From IMG/VR virus record IMGVR_UViG_3300036987_000100, positions 1 through 64,000 of that record: DNA of 64,000 bases, one strand, 5' to 3'. Of the stretch, positions 1 to 8,354 are shown piece after piece. Made by a program: the position numbers and the translations under genes. The DNA is from a virus. Taxonomy: Duplodnaviria > Caudoviricetes. The notes beneath the pieces are model-generated. The model was not told where the DNA came from and ran no database searches. It saw only the letters and a program-made list of their open reading frames with translations. Every line of letters begins with the position of its first letter. Position 1 is the stretch's first letter.

Positions 1-60
1 AACCTCAAGAGAGTCCACGGGGACGGTCAGTAACTGGTAAGAACTAGGATTTTGGGTCAT
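1..60 (-). CDS. 5' end of a gene running off the window (MTQNPSSYQLLTVPVDSLEV...)
   Basis: ATG at 60 on the minus strand; frame open to position 1; only 20 codons visible. Confidence 0.4.
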   Translation of the reverse strand, partial: MTQNPSSYQLLTVPVDSLEV

Positions 61-103
61 GTACTAGGTGCTATCCGTGAATGCGGGAGTTCAACTTGCG
101 TGC

Positions 104-325
104 TCATGCGGCACCAGATAGCACGTCCGAGAGGCTCTCGCACTTAGAACTCGTCAAAGTCAGCTCCCCGCATAGACACCGCAAGAAGTCCTCTAACTGC
201 TCTGGAGACGAAGGTACGTCCACCATGGGGATGCCCTCTTCCACTTTGGCAATCCAATACTCCAGAATAGACTTTGCGCCCTTCATCTCGGCGAGGAGGG
301 TCTCTGAGGTTACTGGGAGTTGCAT
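104..325 (-). CDS. hypothetical protein, 73 aa
   Basis: Co-oriented ORF filling the gap after 359-1327; AAGGA upstream of the ATG. Confidence 0.5.
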   Translation of the reverse strand: MQLPVTSETLLAEMKGAKSILEYWIAKVEEGIPMVDVPSSPEQLEDFLRCLCGELTLTSSKCESLSDVLSGAA

Positions 326-340
326 GTCGGAGTCCTTGAG

Positions 341-356
341 ACGACCACGTGGTCGC
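341..356. repeat. 16-bp palindrome copy 1 (ACGACCACGTGGTCGC)
   Basis: Read directly; lies between the stop at 359 and the ATG at 325. Confidence 0.95.
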
Positions 357-358
357 GC

Positions 359-1327
359 TTAACTGTTATTGATTTTTTCGAGCACCTTATAACCGTAAAG
401 TATCTCGTGATCCTTCTGGGAGAGAACGACAAGCTTAACCTCAAGTGCAGTTTCAATGCGCTTAAAGAAGCGTTGAGTCTGCTCCAAGGAAGCGGTCTTA
501 AACTCATTTGTCGCGAGAAAGTCCAAGCAAATAAGCGATAGGTTCTGGCCGTCCTTTGAGGACCCAGAAAGTTCGCCTGCACGCTCTAGTGCAGCCTTCA
601 CGGTGTCCATCTGGTCGGGGAAGAGTGAAAAGTGCTTGGGAGTGGCCTTTTCCTCAGGCTCTAGAGACTTACCAGCGGCCTCGTTAACCTGAGAGGTTAC
701 CTCCTCCTTGGTAAGTTGCCACAAGGTCTTGCCTTGCAACACCGGAGACGCTGGAGCTTCCGCAAGAGCGTCTTCGTCTTCCAAGACATCACCATCAGCG
801 TCCACTCGCTCTACTGGGCCAAGAGTGCCCTTCATCACACCCTCACGTCCCATGAGGAACGTATTTACCTCCGCCTCCAGCCCCAAGTAGGTGAGCTTCT
901 CTGCGCGATCGATCCAGGATTTAGCATTGGCTGCGTTCATCACGCCTGCGCGACACAACAACCTGGCCTTCGAGCGCCCAATTTTGGTAAAGCGGTCTAG
1001 GTAGGATTGGTCCAACGCGCAATCAATCTTCACTACAGCCCAGATTCGACGGAGGCGTTCAGCAATTCGACGGTGGATGCCAAGCTCTTTCTCGGCGTAA
1101 TCGCCGATGTTGACGTACTTCCAGCAGGTCAACCAGTTCGTCTTTTTGCGATCGTTGTCCACGGGACGGTCGAACAACTCCCACAAGTTCTCGGCAAGCT
1201 GAAGGTAGTTCCGCTCGATGTTATCGGCCAGGGCCTTGGTCTCCTGCCGAGTCTTGTCCGCCCACTCTTTGGATCCCAACTCAATAACCTCCGGTGACGC
1301 GCTACCCACCAGTGACAAAGAAGCCAT
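359..1327 (-). CDS. hypothetical protein, 322 aa, possible helical DNA-binding segment
   Basis: Long co-oriented ORF; YAEKELGIHRRIAERL resembles HTH-like phage motifs. Confidence 0.7.
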   Translation of the reverse strand: MASLSLVGSASPEVIELGSKEWADKTRQETKALADNIERNYLQLAENLWELFDRPVDNDRKKTNWLTCWKYVNIGDYAEKELGIHRRIAERLRRIWAVVKIDCALDQSYLDRFTKIGRSKARLLCRAGVMNAANAKSWIDRAEKLTYLGLEAEVNTFLMGREGVMKGTLGPVERVDADGDVLEDEDALAEAPASPVLQGKTLWQLTKEEVTSQVNEAAGKSLEPEEKATPKHFSLFPDQMDTVKAALERAGELSGSSKDGQNLSLICLDFLATNEFKTASLEQTQRFFKRIETALEVKLVVLSQKDHEILYGYKVLEKINNS

Positions 1328-1362
1328 ACGCCTCTCCTCGCTAAGAAACGGACCTACCCGTT

Positions 1363-1713
1363 TCAGTTCGTGAAAATGATTTCTTTGGCTCGAACCTCGG
1401 TCACTTCCCCGTGCACACCCTCGCGATTCATCAACTCCCCCTCAACGATGACGTATACGCCCTTCAACAGGCGCGTCCGGCAGATGTCAACCAAAGCGTC
1501 GCTATAAATGTTAATTTTCACGTAAGCAGTGACATTCTCACCGGTCTTACCGCCGCGCCGTTCGCTCACCAAACGAAAGGTAGCACACTTGGCCTTGTTG
1601 CCAGTCTCATGGTACCGGGGAGTCTCAACCACGCTCCCGCTCAAAACTACCCTGTTAATTCCACGTACCATTACGCGCTCCGTAACAATGTCAATGTCTC
1701 GCTGTTCAAACAC
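1363..1713 (-). CDS. ssb: short bacterial-type single-stranded DNA-binding protein (OB fold only)
   Basis: INRVVLSGSV...VKINIY...VIVEGEL matches the SSB pattern; no acidic tail. Confidence 0.75.
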   Translation of the reverse strand: MFEQRDIDIVTERVMVRGINRVVLSGSVVETPRYHETGNKAKCATFRLVSERRGGKTGENVTAYVKINIYSDALVDICRTRLLKGVYVIVEGELMNREGVHGEVTEVRAKEIIFTN

Positions 1714-2222
1714 GCTACGACCGCAGCAAGAGCATCATAAGGGTGCTCTTGGCCGGACGCAGGCACCCCAGCAGCCGTTAGTAACTCGGCAGGTCGCGCA
1801 CCAAAGCGAAGCCTGAGGGCCTTTTGAACGTCGCTCTTTGAGGCGCCTGCGTTCTGGCAAACAGCGTGCTTAAGCTCCTTGGGGGAAGCCATCAGCATCG
1901 CCACACCTTCTGATTCGCAGTAATCCGCCACCACGCCCCAAGTCATCGCCACCTTGGCTGCGGCAGACGAACTACGAGGGAAGCTCATAGCCTCACAGCA
2001 AATAACACGAGGGCGTGGAAGCGCCCGCAAGGCTCTGGAAATCTCACGAGCCCTGCGATAGTTATCATTGGAAGCGAGCACATTCTGCTTCTTTGCGGAC
2101 TTCTCGGTAGTAACAAGGCCCATGTCTAGCAGAACCTCCTTGCCTGCGGCGCCGTCAAGCTCTACTAGAACCCAACCGAGATTTGCGAAGCCTGGATCGA
2201 TTCCAAGGACCAAAAGAGGCAT
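1671..2222 (-). CDS. ruvC: RuvC-like Holliday junction resolvase
   Basis: VLGIDPGFANLG, ICCEAMSF, SKSDV and EHPYDALAA motifs. Confidence 0.9.
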   Translation of the reverse strand: MPLLVLGIDPGFANLGWVLVELDGAAGKEVLLDMGLVTTEKSAKKQNVLASNDNYRRAREISRALRALPRPRVICCEAMSFPRSSSAAAKVAMTWGVVADYCESEGVAMLMASPKELKHAVCQNAGASKSDVQKALRLRFGARPAELLTAAGVPASGQEHPYDALAAVVACLNSETLTLLRSA

Positions 2223-2653
2223 CAGGCCCCCTCTAGCTGCCGGTCTTCGATATCAAACCTACGGTTTGTCAGCGCCAAGATACCTAGAATGAAGTCAGCA
2301 TCATCGTTGCTGGTCAACTCTCCCGCAGGGCCCAGAAGCATCTTGCGCTTGGTTTCCTGCGCCACGACTGCGATGAGGTACTCCTGAAGCTCCTTGGCGC
2401 GGTCCTTCCCCCACTTGCTCTCGTAGAGAAAGCACATAGAACAAATAGGCGCCTTCGTATCCGTGAGGCCGGGTCCCGCAGCGCGGGTTACTAGCTCCCA
2501 TTTAGACTGTCGCTTGTCGCACACAGCGCAAGCAAGATTCCAAGACTCCTTGTCAAGCATCGTAAACAACGTAGTGTCCAGCCGTAGTGGCTTGTTCATG
2601 TGGGCTCCGAGAAACATTGGGTAGCGACTGCGCAAGTCTTGGCTTTGGGGCAA
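2222..2653 (-). CDS. hypothetical protein with two CxxC motifs; likely start at 2599
   Basis: CAVC and CSMC; ATG at 2599 overlaps the upstream stop. Confidence 0.55.
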   Translation of the reverse strand: MPQSQDLRSRYPMFLGAHMNKPLRLDTTLFTMLDKESWNLACAVCDKRQSKWELVTRAAGPGLTDTKAPICSMCFLYESKWGKDRAKELQEYLIAVVAQETKRKMLLGPAGELTSNDDADFILGILALTNRRFDIEDRQLEGA

Positions 2654-3453
2654 TCAACAGCAGCACAAATTCTCTCTGGTAACACCTTTTCGCCCTTAGA
2701 CCTATAGGCTTCGATGCTAGACCACAGCCCATCAAGGCTCTCTAAAATCCCCTCTAGCACGTCATCATCCCGTTCAACGTGGTGCTCGATGAGACCGTTG
2801 ATGCCAAAAGTGCCCTTGTCCCAATATAGAATCTGAGCCCACTGAGTCCCCGTGAACCACATGTACATCTGGGCTTGGATGACATGATCCATCTTAGGAG
2901 TCTTCTTGACCTCCCAAGCGCCTCGCTCCGAAATACTCTTCGCCTCCAATATGCCAAACCCTGCGTACTCCGGTAGTTTTAAGAACCCATCAGGATGTCC
3001 GGTAAGTCGGTATTGGTCGCTACGGAGTGACACCTCCTCGTACAAAAACCCCGCACTCCCGCAAACACACGCCTTGGGCCGGGGAACAATCGTCTCCAGC
3101 AGAGACTTCCCCTCTCGGGGGCCTCCAGTGAGGAGCCCACAGGTCGTACAGCGCCACTGCCCGTACAGGGTGTCCCCCAAGGCAGGCAATACCGCGTTTT
3201 GAAGGTTGTTGTGAAGAGCGTTGCCCAGGCTAAACACGAGGCTCAAATCCACGGTTACATCCATGGTTCGAGAAACATCATGAATCACACAGAGCACCTC
3301 TTCACGAGGGCACATACTGGACAACGCAGAACACCGAAGGAAAGAACTCGCATCAAGAGGCGCTCGCACCTCCTCTGACTTGAAGTGCTCCTTAATCAGT
3401 CCCACTATAGGAGTAGACGTTTTCGCCGCCCGAATAGCCTTTGCGAAAGCCAT
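2596..3453 (-). CDS. Cas4/AddB-like PD-(D/E)XK exonuclease
   Basis: LTGHPDG...ILEAKS...HVIQAQMY; N-terminal CPRE plus C-terminal C-x4-C-x5-C (1+3 Cys Fe-S layout). Confidence 0.7.
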   Translation of the reverse strand: MAFAKAIRAAKTSTPIVGLIKEHFKSEEVRAPLDASSFLRCSALSSMCPREEVLCVIHDVSRTMDVTVDLSLVFSLGNALHNNLQNAVLPALGDTLYGQWRCTTCGLLTGGPREGKSLLETIVPRPKACVCGSAGFLYEEVSLRSDQYRLTGHPDGFLKLPEYAGFGILEAKSISERGAWEVKKTPKMDHVIQAQMYMWFTGTQWAQILYWDKGTFGINGLIEHHVERDDDVLEGILESLDGLWSSIEAYRSKGEKVLPERICAAVDCPKAKTCAVATQCFSEPT

Positions 3454-3731
3454 GTAAAGAACCCCTTGCGCGTCAGTCTTACGTCCGATTTTAGAAGCTT
3501 CAAGCTGAGTTGAAGCTTCTGTAAAATACCACGTGCTTCGTCCGGAGTAAGCTCATACCCGCAATCAGGGCAGTTCCACCAGTACTTTATTGGCTCCCAT
3601 GTCATTTTCTCAGAGCAAGCGACGCATTCAAAATCAGGCACGGAAAACGGATCCTCAAAAACAATACGAAGCTGCCCACCATGACGAAGCTGCAGGCGTC
3701 GCCGCACGCTGTCCATCTCAGATTGGCCCAT
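3405..3731 (-). CDS. zinc-ribbon protein with basic C-terminus
   Basis: CVAC...CPDCG. Confidence 0.6.
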   Translation of the reverse strand: MGQSEMDSVRRRLQLRHGGQLRIVFEDPFSVPDFECVACSEKMTWEPIKYWWNCPDCGYELTPDEARGILQKLQLSLKLLKSDVRLTRKGFFTWLSQRLFGRRKRLLL

Positions 3732-3741
3732 GGGATGCCCG

Positions 3742-3789
3742 ATGAATGAATGAATGAATGAATGAATGAATGAATGAATGAATGAATGA
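3742..3789. repeat. tetranucleotide simple sequence repeat (ATGA)12
   Basis: 48 bp of perfect repeat read directly, in an intergenic gap. Confidence 0.98.
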
Positions 3790-3824
3790 GTAGCAGCACT
3801 AATCCACTGCAGGACTCAGCAGCA

Positions 3825-4124
3825 TCACAAATAGGTTACAAAGTACAGCCTAGGATTGGCGCCAGTCCACTTCGCTAAGGCCGCTAGAGCGTCTCCGGTA
3901 GGAAGACAGCCCCTCGCGCAAGCCGCAACATCTTCCAACAAAGTGATGTACACCTGCATCAAGGTCTCGTTTTGCCGCGCTCGGGCCAAGGCCCGCTCCA
4001 TCTCTGAAAATTCATCGTCAGGACCACCCGGCGGGAGAACCACTTTGTACTGCAAGTTGGGCGATGCACGCCGAATTCGAGCTAAAACGCCAGTCAATAT
4101 CTCGATTTTAGTGTCGACGCTCAT
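3825..4124 (-). CDS. hypothetical protein, 99 aa
   Basis: Co-oriented; start overlaps the upstream stop at 4124. Confidence 0.6.
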   Translation of the reverse strand: MSVDTKIEILTGVLARIRRASPNLQYKVVLPPGGPDDEFSEMERALARARQNETLMQVYITLLEDVAACARGCLPTGDALAALAKWTGANPRLYFVTYL

Positions 4125-4633
4125 CAGGAATCCTCGACCTTCCGCATCAAGCGCTCGTAAACAGCAAGTGGCATGGCCACGTACTCCTTCTGAACGTGAC
4201 CCTGCTGGTCTTGGAAGGTAATGATAAGTCCAGGGTGCTTCATCTTTAGCCGGGCCCCCTGCTCCACCTTGTCAAGCCACTCCAGCTTTACGGAAAGAGA
4301 CTCGTTCCGCGTAAACTTGTGCTCGAAGTGGAAGTTCGGAGTAGCAAGATCTCCGTTGTCTGTACTCTCTACCTCTCGCATTCCAGTGCGAGATCGACCC
4401 CCCTTTAGGACCTTCCGATACGACTTTCGTACGAGAGGTCTATTACCGCTGCCAGGATACCGCTTACCGCCAAGACGCTCCGCTAGACGGTACTCATGCT
4501 TCTTGGCAATCTTGGCGTTCTCATGATTCGTCCCCTGAAGCCACTTCGGGGCAGGAGAGGGCTTCTCCGTGGCATCTAGAAGCCACTTCGGGGACGGCTT
4601 CCTTTCGGTCTCCTCTGGTTTCTTGCTGGCCAC
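4124..4633 (-). CDS. PD-(D/E)XK nuclease, Hjc-like resolvase candidate
   Basis: EYRLAERLGGKRYPGSG...GDL...FEHKFT pattern; directly downstream of recA. Confidence 0.6.
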   Translation of the reverse strand: MASKKPEETERKPSPKWLLDATEKPSPAPKWLQGTNHENAKIAKKHEYRLAERLGGKRYPGSGNRPLVRKSYRKVLKGGRSRTGMREVESTDNGDLATPNFHFEHKFTRNESLSVKLEWLDKVEQGARLKMKHPGLIITFQDQQGHVQKEYVAMPLAVYERLMRKVEDS

Positions 4634-4748
4634 AGATCCGACACTCCCATTTGAAAATCATTGGAAACGACAACAACGTGTCAGGATCCGGAGAGGCAAT
4701 CATATCCTCCCCGCATCCAAGACAGGGCTCTAATCCGCGAGGAGGCAC
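4521..4748 (-). CDS. possible overlapping small zinc-ribbon protein
   Basis: CLGCGEDM...LLSFP...WECRICG; GTG at 4748; overlaps both neighbours. Confidence 0.35.
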   Translation of the reverse strand: MPPRGLEPCLGCGEDMIASPDPDTLLSFPMIFKWECRICGQQETRGDRKEAVPEVASRCHGEALSCPEVASGDES

Positions 4749-7156
4749 TCCATTACTCTCTTCGAGAGCAAGCGCTTGAATCCTTGGTCCTTCACGAGCA
4801 GAGACTCGATTTCCCCCTTGGTTCCGAAGGGAACTCCGGCGCACAGCCACTTGCTACCTTCCTTTTTTAGGATCTCGTAACGTTCCGCTTGATCCATAAT
4901 AACAGACGCATCCAGCACGTCCCCCTTCTTATGGGTCTCCGTGTTTCCAAGAGCAACGCGGTAACCGCCCTCCATCATAGAGTGACCCTGCTTGTTTTTT
5001 TCACACTTGAAAGTGAAAAGAACGGAGAGCGGCTTTACGAGCATGAGATCGATATCGATTGCCTCCTTTTCTTCCTTTTCGCCCTTAACCTTCTCAATCT
5101 CGTACTTAGCCGTCTTAAACTTCACCTCAGTGGTGGCTGCAAACTGCGGAGCCATACCGCCAGGCTGAGTCTCGGGATTGCCGAACATCACACCGATCTT
5201 GAATCGAACTTGATTGGTGAAAAACACAGTGGGCTTGCGACCAGTCGTATTCCCCATGTGATTCAAGGCGGAAACGAACTTACGAATGCCTTTGCCGAGA
5301 ACACGGGATTGTGAACCCATCGTCTCTTTCGAGGCCGACTGTTCGATTTCTTTTTCGGGAGTCATGAACGCAAGAGAGTCCATGGCGAGGATGTCGATAT
5401 TTCCATCTCGGAGTAGCGCTTCAGCGATGTCGAGACTTTGCTCGGCGTACTCCGGTTCCGAAAGCAACAAAGAGTCGGTATTGATGCCTAGACCTCTCGC
5501 CCACTTCTGGTCCCAAGTGTTGTGAACTAGTATGTCGGACACCGTCCAAGAGTGCCCCAGAGGGATTCCGGCATCGTAGGTAGGTGCCTTCCCAGCAGGA
5601 GCAACAGCCTCCACGGTATCCCACCATACATCTGACTTGTTAAGGAACTGCTCTCGGTGCTTGATGTGACGTTTGTCCCGAGGGTTGTACGAGGGAAGAT
5701 AATTCTCTGAGGAGGGCTTGGATTTCAAGGAAGCACGAGAACACCATCTGGATAGCAACTTTCCCTTGTGCCCATACAAAGGAATTGCTGCTTGGAATTT
5801 CTTCAGGTTATCGACCCCGTAAATCCAGAGCACATGCCACGGCTGATGGAGTTCATCTCCGTCGTGCTGGGTATAAATGTGTCCCAAAATCCCAAGACGG
5901 CTCAGGAGCCACTTTACTTGAAGCATCAGACGTCTGGATGTGGAGGTAAAATGTAGCGCGGCGTTAGAAGAAGAGACACCGCCATCGGACATCCACAGGC
6001 CCTGGAGGGCAGCGGCAACCACGTCTTGTGTAGAATTCAGAATCTCTTGCGGTAGAAATTTGTGGTTGGCGGTAGACCCCAGTAGCCCAAGCGCGGCCAT
6101 GCGGCGACGAAGCTCGTTTTTGGACCCAGAGTTACTCACTAAGCGGCCGTGCCTATCGTCATACTTGGTCACTTTACAGCCCCAAGGACGCAGCAGTTCG
6201 GAAACCCTCTTCCAAATGTCGTCATCGGTGTTGGTCAACACCAGGCTGGAATTTGCATCAAAGCTCCCATCGCCGACCATCAACCCGACTAACTCTGCCA
6301 ACCCCACAGATACTCCGGTGTCCGAGCCTGCCATGGTCACCTTCCACGGCCTGGCAATCCTATCGCCCTTTTTTAGCTTACCGGCGTGCACCCATGAAGG
6401 TTTACCTTTACGCCAAGTTAAAATCGGGTGATCCGGAGTGCACTGCAGAGAAGTCGTGGAAGTAGACACCTTAACTGTCTCTTGGACACCAGAAGCTACG
6501 CGTACCACCGCCGGAGCGACAGCCAGTTTCCCCTCGTGCCACGAACAAACATGCCGAGCCTCCTTGGCAGTAATAAAGTCCTCTACGGTTCCAACAAACC
6601 CAGTTCGAGGGTCCATAATCTCTTGTGAGCCCGCGATGCAGCCTTCGTTATTGATGTAACCAACAACGACTTCGCGATATTTCCCACACGGACACGTAGG
6701 GCGCTTCAAAACCTCGCCCGTCGCGCCGTCAAAGAAAGTCACAAAGTTCCAGCAGTTCGCGCACATCTCTTGGGCGTTACCGATGGTCTTGAGAAGAGTA
6801 GATGTCTTTCCAGAAGACTTCGGACCCCAAACAGTATGAATGCCACCGACGCGCCAACCCCCGCCGAGAGCCCAATCCATTGAAAGAGAGCCTGAGGGGA
6901 TGAACTGGGAAACAGCAGAGTGGTGCTCGCTAGCTCGACGAATGATGCTGACGCCATGCTTCTTTGCAATAGCCTTCAGCGTGTCGGAAACCAAAACCTT
7001 GTCCAGGCGAGAGTGCTTAACAACCTTAACGGGAGCAACCTCGGAGGACTCCGAAGAGGATTCCTCTGACGCTCCGGAAGTTGCTGCTTCTGCGGCTTCA
7101 ATCGCATCGTCCTTCTTCTTGGCCATGTGATGCCTCTTAGAGAATGCTGGTGTCAC
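4730..7156 (-). CDS. recA: RecA-like recombinase with an intein (probable start MAKKKDD)
   Basis: SGSLSMDWALGGG, GPKSSGKTS (Walker A), MDSLA (Walker B), FTNQVRFKIGVMFGNPET. Confidence 0.92.
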   Translation of the reverse strand: MTPAFSKRHHMAKKKDDAIEAAEAATSGASEESSSESSEVAPVKVVKHSRLDKVLVSDTLKAIAKKHGVSIIRRASEHHSAVSQFIPSGSLSMDWALGGGWRVGGIHTVWGPKSSGKTSTLLKTIGNAQEMCANCWNFVTFFDGATGEVLKRPTCPCGKYREVVVGYINNEGCIAGSQEIMDPRTGFVGTVEDFITAKEARHVCSWHEGKLAVAPAVVRVASGVQETVKVSTSTTSLQCTPDHPILTWRKGKPSWVHAGKLKKGDRIARPWKVTMAGSDTGVSVGLAELVGLMVGDGSFDANSSLVLTNTDDDIWKRVSELLRPWGCKVTKYDDRHGRLVSNSGSKNELRRRMAALGLLGSTANHKFLPQEILNSTQDVVAAALQGLWMSDGGVSSSNAALHFTSTSRRLMLQVKWLLSRLGILGHIYTQHDGDELHQPWHVLWIYGVDNLKKFQAAIPLYGHKGKLLSRWCSRASLKSKPSSENYLPSYNPRDKRHIKHREQFLNKSDVWWDTVEAVAPAGKAPTYDAGIPLGHSWTVSDILVHNTWDQKWARGLGINTDSLLLSEPEYAEQSLDIAEALLRDGNIDILAMDSLAFMTPEKEIEQSASKETMGSQSRVLGKGIRKFVSALNHMGNTTGRKPTVFFTNQVRFKIGVMFGNPETQPGGMAPQFAATTEVKFKTAKYEIEKVKGEKEEKEAIDIDLMLVKPLSVLFTFKCEKNKQGHSMMEGGYRVALGNTETHKKGDVLDASVIMDQAERYEILKKEGSKWLCAGVPFGTKGEIESLLVKDQGFKRLLSKRVMECLLAD
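5519..6640 (-). mobile_element. intein in RecA, 374 aa, in-frame LAGLIDADG domain
   Basis: NNEG|CIAGSQ...CTPDHP...LMVGDG...LWMSDG...ILVHN|TWD. Confidence 0.95.
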
Positions 7157-7481
7157 TCTTGTTGCGGACGCTGTCTATCTCCGACTTCAATCGTTCGGTC
7201 GCCCAGTCCCTGGCCCAAACAAACGCGTCGTCCATCTCTTCCTTGTAGCAAGGAACCACTACTCCGACGTCAATGCGCGCAAACTCAAAATTACCCAAGT
7301 TAAGGGTAATACCCACACGAGCGTCGATGCGCGTAGGCTCCGTAATGAACCTATGAACGACCAACGTTTGATCCTCAACCTGAGGAACCCCTTCCTTCCT
7401 CTTGAGGACGTACTGCTTCGTCACTTGCGCTTGAGCTGCGACTGCTACTTCCGTGGCTTGTGTAGGAATTTTCTTAGGCAT
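7137..7481 (-). CDS. hypothetical phage protein, 114 aa
   Basis: Co-oriented and tightly packed upstream of recA. Confidence 0.7.
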   Translation of the reverse strand: MPKKIPTQATEVAVAAQAQVTKQYVLKRKEGVPQVEDQTLVVHRFITEPTRIDARVGITLNLGNFEFARIDVGVVVPCYKEEMDDAFVWARDWATERLKSEIDSVRNKSDTSIL

Positions 7482-7508
7482 CTGAACCCTCTGGGAGTAC
7501 GTCGTCCA

Positions 7509-8300
7509 TTACTCAGCTCCGACAACAGGACCCAAAACCTTGGCCCCAACAAGTTTCAACTTCGCCCAATCCGCTAAAATCTCCTGACGTAGCAGACTCT
7601 TGTCTGTATCCACACGCAGATCCCCACCACGTCGGTCAAACGCCTGCTTCACTGCGTCGATTTGCTCAATAGTGAAAACACGGCGGTTAGAGGACAACCG
7701 CAGCGGTGTTGACGGAATGGCCTTACGGCGCTCCATCTGCTCTAGCGTGATGGTCGAGCGTCCGACAGCTTGGGCCATTACGCCTATGCGGAACAAGGGG
7801 ACAATACGCACAGAGCCGTCAGACAACTTGACGCGGCACTGTACAAACTCCGGGACTCCGGCAGGCTTCTTTCGGTCAAGGAGCCCGGAAGCCTCTAACT
7901 GCTTCTTAATCTCAAGAATTCTTGCGGGGGAATACAACCGCTCACCTTGAGGGTTTCGGTAAGGAGTGGCCTCGATGACCCCCTTCTTCTCCAGGAGGCG
8001 AACACCTATTTTGGATCGTCCAAGGATGGCAGCCACAGCCCCAATAGTCAGAAACTGGGTACGGACCCCATCGACATCCATCACGACCTCCTTCCACTGC
8101 CGCACGGTTCGAACCTTCTTGGCCTTCTGCTCCGCAGCACGCTCTACGAGCTGAGCCTCTCGACGACGCCTGCGGCTCTCGCGATTGGCGGCCAGCACCT
8201 GCTGCTTGTAAGCAGGGTCGGTTTTGTATCGGTCACGACGACTCGCATTAAGCTCCTGGCCATGCTCTTTGTACCAAGTCTTGAATTGCCAATCACTCAC
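7509..8300 (-). CDS. protein with two MerR-like winged HTH domains
   Basis: TIGAVAAILGRS...LEKKG...RLYS and RIGVMAQAVGRS...MERRK...RVFT; AGGAG upstream of the GTG. Confidence 0.75.
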   Translation of the reverse strand: MSDWQFKTWYKEHGQELNASRRDRYKTDPAYKQQVLAANRESRRRRREAQLVERAAEQKAKKVRTVRQWKEVVMDVDGVRTQFLTIGAVAAILGRSKIGVRLLEKKGVIEATPYRNPQGERLYSPARILEIKKQLEASGLLDRKKPAGVPEFVQCRVKLSDGSVRIVPLFRIGVMAQAVGRSTITLEQMERRKAIPSTPLRLSSNRRVFTIEQIDAVKQAFDRRGGDLRVDTDKSLLRQEILADWAKLKLVGAKVLGPVVGAE

Positions 8301-8354
8301 GTTATGTAACTCCTGTGCGGGTTCCGGGCACCGTATACTGTCTAATTAAGATGG

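Noticed and set aside
4537-4593. 15-bp direct repeat GAAGCCACTTCGGGG x2
   Set aside because: Explained by a duplicated PKWL peptide in the coding sequence; only two copies.
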